NCBI RefSeq assembly: GCF_020521235.1
Contig: NZ_BLAY01000087.1
Coordinates: 1 to 42,039 of the forward strand
Source of the DNA: Microseira wollei NIES-4236
GTDB lineage: Bacteria; Cyanobacteriota; Cyanobacteriia; Cyanobacteriales; Aerosakkonemataceae
Reading direction: 5' to 3'
DNA length: 42,039 nucleotides
Shown here: positions 25,960 to 33,162 of the stretch, one piece after another
Position numbering within the stretch: position 1 is the first letter of the stretch
Layout: the number at the start of each line of letters is the position of its first letter
Position numbers and translations under genes: made by a program
Notes under the pieces: generated by a model
What the model saw: the letters and a program-made list of their open reading frames with translations, nothing else
Told to the model about the DNA's origin: nothing
Database searches by the model: none

Positions 25960-26140
25960 TAGTGCCCAGGCTCGAGCCTGGGCACTAGAACTGGGAGGCT
26001 CCCGCCTCCCCAGTACGAGGCAGAGCCTCTAGACGCTAGCTCCCAGGCAAGAGCCTGGGAGCTAGAAGCTAGAACTGGGAAGCTCCCGCCTCCCCAGACA
26101 AGAGCCTGGAAACTCTCTTGTGGGGTGGGCATCCTGCCCG
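25960..26140. repeat. Cluster of CCAGGC/GCCTGG-type palindromes (AGTGCCCAGGCTCGAGCCTGGGCACT; AGCTCCCAGGCAAGAGCCTGGGAGCT) and 2 direct repeats CTAGAACTGGGARGCTCCCGCCTCCCCAG; ends with TTGTGGGGTGGGCATCCTGCCCGCC motif
   Basis: Perfect 26-bp palindromes are visible. The terminal motif is repeated at 29777-29801 (inverted) and 29951-29976. Confidence 0.6.
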
Positions 26141-26148
26141 CCGATACC

Positions 26149-28113
26149 CTAATTTCTCAATAACCGCAAACCGCTGAGGGTTACCAATACTGTAGAACCC
26201 TCGTGTCCGATGACACCGAAGGGGAGGGTGATATTACCGGCGAAGTTGGCGGCTAATAGCAGGACAATAAAACCGAGGGCGAAGGCGATATTCTGTTTGA
26301 CGATAACTTGAGAGCGACGACCTAGACGGATTGCCTGCTCTAATTTTTCCAGTCTATCTGCCATTAAGACGATATCGGCGGTTTCTAGGGCGATGTCGCT
26401 CCCCGCTGCACCCATTGCAATACCGACGGTAGCAGCAGCGAGGGCGGGTGCGTCGTTGACGCCGTCTCCTACCATGGCGACGGTTTTATATTGCTTTTGC
26501 AAGCGGCGAATGACGGATACTTTATCTTCGGGTAATAGTTCGGCGTAAACTTGGTCTACGTTGAGCTGTTGGGCGACGCTTTGTGCAGTACTGTTGTTAT
26601 CGCCGGTGAGCATGATAATTTGTTCGACGCCTAGCTGTTTCAAGCGTTGGATGGTTTGGGTAGCTGTGGGGCGGAGGGTGTCTGCAATCGCTATTATCCC
26701 CAAAACTTCCCCCGCTGCTTGTACCCAGACTACGGTTTTGCCTTCGGATTCTAATTTTTGGGTATTTGAAAGCAGGTGAGCAGGTGGGCGGGGGGGCAGG
26801 TGAGAAGAAGATGTAGAGCTTTCTTTTGCCGCGTTAGCTTTACCGACGGCGCAAGCAATTCCATCGACTTCGCCTGTAATCCCAAAACCAGGAAGCGCTT
26901 GCACGTTGGTAGCGGGTGGTAATTCTAAATTTCTGCCAAAGGCAGCTTGCACAATCGCTTGTCCAATCGGATGTTCCGAATAAGCTTCCAACGCTGCTGC
27001 TAACTGCAATACGCGATTTTCCTCCCCTCTGCTCCCCTGCTCAGACGAGGCGGGGATAATTTGCACAACTTGCGGTTGTCCTGTCGTGAGGGTGCCGGTT
27101 TTATCGAAAGCGATCGCTCTCACTCTGCCCATATTCTCTAACTGTGCGCCATTTTTGAATAAAATCCCCTGCCTCGCCCCGTTGGCAATTCCCGATAGCA
27201 GCGTGGGCATAATTGCTGCCATTAACGCACAGGGAGAGGCAACGACGAGGAAAATCAGCGCCCGATAAATCGTTGTTTCCCAATCCCATTGCCATAAGAA
27301 TGGTGGCAGAATTGCCAGCAGTATCCCAGTGAAGACGATTACTTTTGCATAACCCCGCTCAAATTGGGTCAGAAATTGCTGGGAGGGGGGTTCTTCTGTT
27401 TGAGCTTGCTGGACTAATTGGATAACGCGCTGGATTAAACTGCTAGTTGGGGGTTTGTGGAGGCGCAATGCGATCGCGCCATTGCCATTAATCGTCCCGC
27501 CAAATACTTCATCGCCGATTGTCTTTTCTACAGGTAGGGATTCGCCGGTAATCGAAGCTTGGTTAATCGTACTGTAGCCAGAGGCAATCGTACCGTCCGT
27601 GGGAATCAATTCTCCCGGTTTAACTAATACGATATCGCCGACTTTTAATTGCGCGATGGGAAGCACCCTTTCTTGTCCGTGCAGTATCACCCGCGCCGTA
27701 TCCGGTGTTAAACTCATGAGGCTGCGGATGCTGCGTTCGGTGCGTTTCATGGCATAGCCTTCGAGTGCGCCGCTGATGGCAAAAATTAAAATCAGCACCG
27801 CACCGTCAACTATTAGATAATATTCCCGGCGCCACAAACCCAATGCAGCAGCACCTAAAGCTGCCACAATCATTAGCAGGTCTACATCTAATTCTTTTTC
27901 TTCCAATAAGGTAGTCAGTCCAAGGCGGGCGCTTTCGTAACCGCCAATCACATAAGCTACAGGTAGAAGTATTAAAGCCAATCCAATCCAGCTAAAGTGG
28001 AGTGCTAGCCAACCCAGGATTAAGAATACACCGCAAATAACAGCGGCTAAAGCGTCTGGATGCGAGTTGAGTAGCTGTTGCAGTGGGCGGGTAGAGAAAG
28101 TATTTTGAGCCAT
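26149..28113 (-). CDS. coaT: P1B-4-type heavy-metal (Co2+/Zn2+-class) exporting P-type ATPase, CoaT-like
   Basis: DKTGTLT, GDGVNDAP and TGES motifs are present. The TM6 motif is SPC (ASPCAL) and TM8 has HEGST. There is no N-terminal HMA domain and the protein is ~650 aa, all hallmarks of the P1B-4 subgroup. It is divergent from a MerR-CbiC (CoaR-type) regulator gene. Start placed at the ATG for MAQNTF (28113); the track's TTG start at 28182 overlaps an STR. Confidence 0.75.
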   Translation of the reverse strand: MAQNTFSTRPLQQLLNSHPDALAAVICGVFLILGWLALHFSWIGLALILLPVAYVIGGYESARLGLTTLLEEKELDVDLLMIVAALGAAALGLWRREYYLIVDGAVLILIFAISGALEGYAMKRTERSIRSLMSLTPDTARVILHGQERVLPIAQLKVGDIVLVKPGELIPTDGTIASGYSTINQASITGESLPVEKTIGDEVFGGTINGNGAIALRLHKPPTSSLIQRVIQLVQQAQTEEPPSQQFLTQFERGYAKVIVFTGILLAILPPFLWQWDWETTIYRALIFLVVASPCALMAAIMPTLLSGIANGARQGILFKNGAQLENMGRVRAIAFDKTGTLTTGQPQVVQIIPASSEQGSRGEENRVLQLAAALEAYSEHPIGQAIVQAAFGRNLELPPATNVQALPGFGITGEVDGIACAVGKANAAKESSTSSSHLPPRPPAHLLSNTQKLESEGKTVVWVQAAGEVLGIIAIADTLRPTATQTIQRLKQLGVEQIIMLTGDNNSTAQSVAQQLNVDQVYAELLPEDKVSVIRRLQKQYKTVAMVGDGVNDAPALAAATVGIAMGAAGSDIALETADIVLMADRLEKLEQAIRLGRRSQVIVKQNIAFALGFIVLLLAANFAGNITLPFGVIGHEGSTVLVTLSGLRLLRN

Positions 28114-28208
28114 AACAGTGTTGGGAATGGGTAATGGGTCATGGGTAATTGGTAATTGGTCACGGAGCGTGGCGATCGCCAATTACCTATTACCAATTAC
28201 CAATTACC

Positions 28209-28251
28209 ACCCTAAACCTTGACATTAGTGTTAAAGTCAAGAGTGTATTAT
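28209..28251. promoter_or_regulatory. Divergent MerR-type operator/promoter. On the minus strand it reads TTGACT-N20-TAGGGT toward coaT. On the plus strand it reads TTGACA-N21-TATTAT toward the HMA gene. The two share the dyad CTTGAC-N12-GTCAAG
   Basis: Hexamers and spacing were counted directly. Spacers of 19-21 bp with a dyad between the -35 and -10 elements are the signature of MerR-family activated promoters. Confidence 0.45.
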
Positions 28252-28270
28252 CATTCAGGGTTATCGGAGT

Positions 28271-28465
28271 ATGGCACTCGAACTGAAAGTCCCGTCAATT
28301 GCCTGTACTGGATGCATTGACACGATTACTAAAGCGGTGATGGAACTTGACTCGTCTGCCAGCGTTAAGGGCGATGTGCAAGGGAAGTCCGTGTCGGTGG
28401 AAACAACTGCATCAGAAGAGGCGGTAAAAGAGGCAATTGTCAAAACGGGTCATACCGTAGCCTAA
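28271..28465 (+). CDS. Small heavy-metal-associated (HMA) domain protein, metallochaperone-like, with atypical CTGC metal site
   Basis: It is 64 aa. VPSIACTGCIDTITKAV places a CxxC motif in the first loop of a predicted beta-alpha-beta-beta-alpha-beta fold. It lies between coaT and coaR. Confidence 0.55.
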   Translation: MALELKVPSIACTGCIDTITKAVMELDSSASVKGDVQGKSVSVETTASEEAVKEAIVKTGHTVA

Positions 28466-28649
28466 TAGCTAATGGCTAATAGCTAATGGCTAATGGTAGA
28501 GGAGGAAAATATTGCCATGACCAATTAGCAATTAGCGATTAGCTATTGCAGGAGTGGGGAAGACTCTGGAAGAAATTACTTCTACTTCAAGAGTCTTCCT
28601 CATCTGCAATCTCAAATCTAAAATCTAAAATCTCAAATAATATTAGGCG

Positions 28650-29750
28650 ATGTCAGCAGGATATCTCACCATCAAACAACTTACAGAGGCAGTAGGCGGT
28701 GATATTACGCCCCGGATGGTGCGGCACTATCATCAAATAGGTTTGTTGCCATCTGCTGTGCGATCGCATTCTAACTACCGCCTCTATACCGAAGCGGACG
28801 TGCTGCGTTTGCGGCGGATTGTCGCCCTCAAACAACAAGGATTTCATCTATCGCACATTCACAAGTTGCTCCAAACCGAAACGGGCAACTCTGACGAATT
28901 AATGGCGCAACTGCAAAAACAATATCGCGCCATTGTGCAACAGCTGACAAATTTGCGGCAAACTGCATCGGCATTGGAAGGATTGCTAGGACGCGATCGC
29001 TCGTGTCAAATTATCCAAGCAGATGCGATCGCTCAACTCCGACTTTTGGAAGTGGAAACCCAAGATAGCATGGGACAGCTAGCCAAATTATGGGATAATT
29101 TGGACGCCGCCACTCACGCTCATCCCGAAAGTTTTGCGGAATCTTTGCAACAATTATTGCCCGATTTATCCGGGCGATCCGAAATAGAAATATATTTACT
29201 TTCCCAATTAGTTTTAGCTTGTGGGGACGTGAGTTTAATTCAGTTTGTCAGAGTGGGAGAGGGAGCGATCGCTTCTTCCCGCCACGCGCTCAAAACTAAT
29301 TGCCAAGTCGTCGCCGACGTTCCACCCGTCCTTGCAGCTTTAGACAAAACCAGATTAGCTCATCTCAAATGTCCCGTTGAAACCTTAATTAATGACCCCC
29401 ACATTAGTACTGCCGCCGAAGCAGAACGGGAATTTTGGCATCATCAACAATGGCAAGAAAAATTAGAGCAACTCACCCCTGGTTGTATTTTAGTTGTCGG
29501 ATATGCCCCATCGGTTTTAATGTCTGCTTGTGCCGCAATTGAACAAAAGCGATTGCAACCCGCTTTAATTATTGGGATGCCCATTGGTTTTAGTCACGCC
29601 CCTGCTGCGAAGCGAAGGTTAATCCGTTCCGGCGTGCCATTTATTACCACTGAAGGCACTTTAGGCGGTGGATTGTTAGCCGCAGTCGCCCTCAATGCTT
29701 TAGTTGAATCTTTAATTGAAAAGCCAGATTGTCACTGTTATTTGAGTTAA
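28650..29750 (+). CDS. coaR: MerR-family transcriptional regulator fused to precorrin-8X methylmutase (CbiC/CobH)-like domain; CoaR-type cobalt sensor
   Basis: N-terminal LTIKQLTEAVGGDITPRMVRHYHQIGLLPS…YRLYTEADVLRLRRIVALKQQGFHLSHI is a MerR HTH with a coiled coil. The C-terminal 200 aa has CbiC-like blocks (VVGYAPSVLMSA…IIGMPIGFSHAPAAKRRL…FITTEGTLGGGLLAAVALNAL). This fusion architecture is that of Synechocystis CoaR. Confidence 0.75.
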   Translation: MSAGYLTIKQLTEAVGGDITPRMVRHYHQIGLLPSAVRSHSNYRLYTEADVLRLRRIVALKQQGFHLSHIHKLLQTETGNSDELMAQLQKQYRAIVQQLTNLRQTASALEGLLGRDRSCQIIQADAIAQLRLLEVETQDSMGQLAKLWDNLDAATHAHPESFAESLQQLLPDLSGRSEIEIYLLSQLVLACGDVSLIQFVRVGEGAIASSRHALKTNCQVVADVPPVLAALDKTRLAHLKCPVETLINDPHISTAAEAEREFWHHQQWQEKLEQLTPGCILVVGYAPSVLMSACAAIEQKRLQPALIIGMPIGFSHAPAAKRRLIRSGVPFITTEGTLGGGLLAAVALNALVESLIEKPDCHCYLS

Positions 29751-29776
29751 TTTCAGATTTTGCAGCAATAGATTAG

Positions 29777-29976
29777 GCGGGCGGGACGCCCACCCCACAA
29801 AACATGGTTATATCACGTCTGGTTGCATCGGTATTGTATAGAAGTCGGGGCGGGTTTAACAAGATATCGCGTGGTTCCACAGAATAGTTGGTAAAACCCG
29901 CCCCTACAAATCCAAATATACGCAACCGACGCTGCCGTACATGACATTAATCTTGTGGGATGGGCGTCCCGCCCGT
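29777..29976. mobile_element. ~200-bp nested inverted-repeat (MITE-like) element downstream of coaR: outer IRs GGCGGGCGGGACGCCCACCCCACAA / TTGTGGGATGGGCGTCCCGCCCGTCC, inner hairpin GTCGGGGCGGGTTTAAC…GGTAAAACCCGCCCCTAC
   Basis: Outer 25-bp IRs and the inner element are visible. The inner element is a reverse-complement copy of the 723-786 hairpin. Confidence 0.5.
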
Positions 29977-30154
29977 CCTAGCCATTTTAGGTAGAATCTG
30001 TACTTGACGAATAGAATAATTATTTAGTATAATAATTATAATTATTACGAGCCGATCGCAACAACAATAAATAATTGTAAAAAAGCTCAAAAATAATTAA
30101 AGCAAAAAATGGGTGTATCTGAAGTAGAAAAGACAAATCATCAAGATTTTACTG

Positions 30155-32965
30155 ATGAAAAAGACCACCCAAACCATGCGCGTTAAACCTCTGAAAGAAA
30201 TCTTTAGAAAAACCCCTTTAAAACTGCCGCTAAGAACGGTTTTGATTGTGCCTTTTGTGCTGCAAATCGTTGGTGCTGTGGGACTGGTGGGATATCTATC
30301 ATTTAAAAATGGACAGCAAGCAGTCAACGATTTGGCGAATCAGTTGATGGGGGAAACGAGCGATCGCATTGGGCAAAAACTCAACAATTATCTAGCAGTA
30401 CCGCGCACGATCGATCGGATAAATGGGAATGCGATCGCGCTCAATCAATTAAATCTGCAAGATCCAAACAACTTAAATCCCAACTTTTGGCAGCAAAGAT
30501 TTTTATTCGATGAAGTTAACATATCTGCGATTTATTTTGGTAGCGCGGAGGGAGATTTTACCGGACTAGGACTTCAAAGCGACAACACCTGGCAAATTAG
30601 TAGAGTTGGTCGAGTTACCAACAACAAATTTCACAGCTACGCTGCAGACAATTGGGGAAATCCTACAAAATTACTAAACGTGGGGAAGCATTACGATCCC
30701 AGAATTAGACCTTGGTATCAAAAAGCAGTAAAAGCAGGCAAGTCAGTCTGGAGCGATATTTATCTCGATTTTAAAGAACCAAGACTGAAGATTACTTTAG
30801 CTCAACCAATCTACAAATCAATTACAAATCAACCTACTTCCTTGCGGGGAGTCATCGGAGTTGATTTTGTCCTCACGCATATCGGCAAGTTTCTCAAAGG
30901 TTTGAAAATCGGTAAGTCTGGGACAACATTTATCATCGAGAGAACCGGGTTAATTGTTGCATCTTCCACAGAAGAAGAACCTTTTTTGCGCGATGAAGGT
31001 GGTAAAGTAAAAGCCAGAATTGCAGCTAGAGAAAGTCGCGTACCGTTGATTCAAGCTACGGCAAAGTACTTGACGCAACGCCACAGCAATTTAGCAGAAA
31101 TTAACAGCGACGAACAATTCATAGCGACGATTGCGGGAAAACCCAAATTTATCCAGATCGCACCTCTGAAAGATAGTCTGGGTATTGACTGGTTAATTGT
31201 TGTGGTAATTCCAGAAGCAGACTTTATGGAGCAAATTAACGCCAATACCCGCACCACTATTTTACTATGTATTGCCGCATTGTTGCTAGCGATAATTGTC
31301 GGTATTTTGACCGCTAGTTGGGTTACACAGCCAATTTTACGCTTGAATGCTGCCGCTAAAAATATCGCCAAAGGAGACTGGGATAAAACAGTAGAAATTA
31401 ACCGCGGCGATGAAGTGGGAGAACTTGCCAATTCATTTAACACCATGGCGCACCAGTTGCAAGAATCTTTTGAAACCTTAGAGCAAAAAGTTAAAGCAAG
31501 AACGGCTGAGTTAGAAATTGCCAAAGAAAAAGCCGAAGTTGCCAACCAAGCTAAAAGCACATTTCTTGCCAATATGAGCCACGAATTGCGCTCTCCTCTA
31601 AATGCCATTATCGGCTTTTCTCAACTGATGATACGCAGCCAAAGTTTGGCTAAAGACCAGCTAGAAAACGTCAGCATTATTAACCGCAGCGGCGAACATT
31701 TACTCACCTTAATTAACAACGTATTAGACTTATCGAAAATCGAAGCTGGACGGACAACCCTCAACGAAAAAAACTTTGATTTAATCCGCCTGCTTTCCGA
31801 TATAGAAGATATGTTCCGCCTCAAAGCAGAAGACAAAGGATTGCAGTTATTAGTCGAACATACCCCCGATGTGCCGCGATACATCCGCACTGATGAAGTC
31901 AAATTGCGACAAGTTTTAATTAACCTGATTAGTAACGCTATCAAATTTACTGAAGAAGGCGGCGTATCGGTGAGAGTAGGACTTGTTCGTAGTAAGCACT
32001 TCAGTGCAAGCTCAGGGACCCAAGTCCCTACTACGAACTTATCTTTTGAAGTGGAAGATACTGGTTTTGGGATTGCCCCGGAAGAATTAGATAGTCTTTT
32101 TGAAGCCTTTGTGCAAACAGAAACGGGAAAACAAGCTCAAGAAGGGACGGGTTTAGGATTGCCCATTAGCCGCAAATTCGTGGAGTTAATGGGGGGTGAA
32201 ATAACGGTGAGTTCCACAGTGGGAGTTGGAACAATTTTCAAATTCGATATTCAGGTTAGCCTTGCTGATGCGGTCGAAGTTGAAAGCCAAAAAACAACAA
32301 GGCGAGTGATTGCTCTTGAGCCAAATCAACCTCAATATCGGATTTTGATTGTGGATGACAAATCGCTTAATCGCCAATTGCTGATTAAATTACTCAATCC
32401 CCTCGGTTTTGAACTGAAAGAAGCGAGTAATGGCAAAGAAGCGATCGCAATTTGGGACGAATGGTCACCGCACTTAATTTGGATGGATATGCGAATGCCG
32501 GTAATGGATGGCTACGAGGCGACCAAACATATAAAAAGCACGACTAAAGGTCAAGCGACTGCTGTTATTGCTTTGACTGCGAGCGTTTTAGAGGAAGAAA
32601 GAGCCGTTGTGCTATCAGCGGGTTGCGATGATTTTCTGCGAAAACCCTTCCGGGAAGCAGATATTTTTGAGTTAATGCACAAACATATCGGCGTGGATTA
32701 TATCTATGAAGATTCAACGGTAGAAAAATCGGTTAAAGTGAGAGAAGATGAAGAAAAACTACTGACACGAGAGGCAATGGAGGCACTGCCGACGGAATGG
32801 GTGAATAACCTGAAACAAGCTATAGAGAATGTGGATATGAGAGAGATCGCAAGCATTTTAGACCAAATTCAGACCGAAAATGCACCCCTGGCTCTTGCCA
32901 TTCAATGTTGTCTAGATAACTTCGACTACGACAAGATTTTGGCTTTAATATCAGAAGACCGCTAG
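30155..32965 (+). CDS. Hybrid sensor histidine kinase: TM – periplasmic Cache-like sensor – TM – HAMP – HisKA – HATPase_c – REC – conserved C-terminal tail
   Basis: H-box FLANMSHELRSPLNAI. N/G-boxes LINLISNAIKFT, DTGFGI and GTGLGLPIS. REC IVDDKSLNRQLL…LIWMDMRMPVMDGYE…VIALTA…CDDFLRKPF. Two hydrophobic segments flank a ~300-aa extracytoplasmic region. Paralog of the next gene. Confidence 0.8.
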   Translation: MKKTTQTMRVKPLKEIFRKTPLKLPLRTVLIVPFVLQIVGAVGLVGYLSFKNGQQAVNDLANQLMGETSDRIGQKLNNYLAVPRTIDRINGNAIALNQLNLQDPNNLNPNFWQQRFLFDEVNISAIYFGSAEGDFTGLGLQSDNTWQISRVGRVTNNKFHSYAADNWGNPTKLLNVGKHYDPRIRPWYQKAVKAGKSVWSDIYLDFKEPRLKITLAQPIYKSITNQPTSLRGVIGVDFVLTHIGKFLKGLKIGKSGTTFIIERTGLIVASSTEEEPFLRDEGGKVKARIAARESRVPLIQATAKYLTQRHSNLAEINSDEQFIATIAGKPKFIQIAPLKDSLGIDWLIVVVIPEADFMEQINANTRTTILLCIAALLLAIIVGILTASWVTQPILRLNAAAKNIAKGDWDKTVEINRGDEVGELANSFNTMAHQLQESFETLEQKVKARTAELEIAKEKAEVANQAKSTFLANMSHELRSPLNAIIGFSQLMIRSQSLAKDQLENVSIINRSGEHLLTLINNVLDLSKIEAGRTTLNEKNFDLIRLLSDIEDMFRLKAEDKGLQLLVEHTPDVPRYIRTDEVKLRQVLINLISNAIKFTEEGGVSVRVGLVRSKHFSASSGTQVPTTNLSFEVEDTGFGIAPEELDSLFEAFVQTETGKQAQEGTGLGLPISRKFVELMGGEITVSSTVGVGTIFKFDIQVSLADAVEVESQKTTRRVIALEPNQPQYRILIVDDKSLNRQLLIKLLNPLGFELKEASNGKEAIAIWDEWSPHLIWMDMRMPVMDGYEATKHIKSTTKGQATAVIALTASVLEEERAVVLSAGCDDFLRKPFREADIFELMHKHIGVDYIYEDSTVEKSVKVREDEEKLLTREAMEALPTEWVNNLKQAIENVDMREIASILDQIQTENAPLALAIQCCLDNFDYDKILALISEDR

Positions 32966-33162
32966 CTAACGTAAGTTGCTAGTTATAAACAAGGGCGTTG
33001 CTAATTGCTAATTGCTAATTGCTAATTGCTAATATAGGATTTTTACTGACATTAGCCATTAGCCATTAGCCATTAGCCGCTCTTTGGGAGATAACTAGCA
33101 ACTTGGGTTAGCTATCTAAACGCTAACCGCAACTCCCAACTCTCGACCTTTGGAAATTATCT

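Noticed and set aside
31051-31944. 185-aa and 107-aa minus-strand ORFs antisense to the first hybrid kinase
   Set aside because: They are fully embedded antisense in a well-supported CDS and have low-complexity composition.
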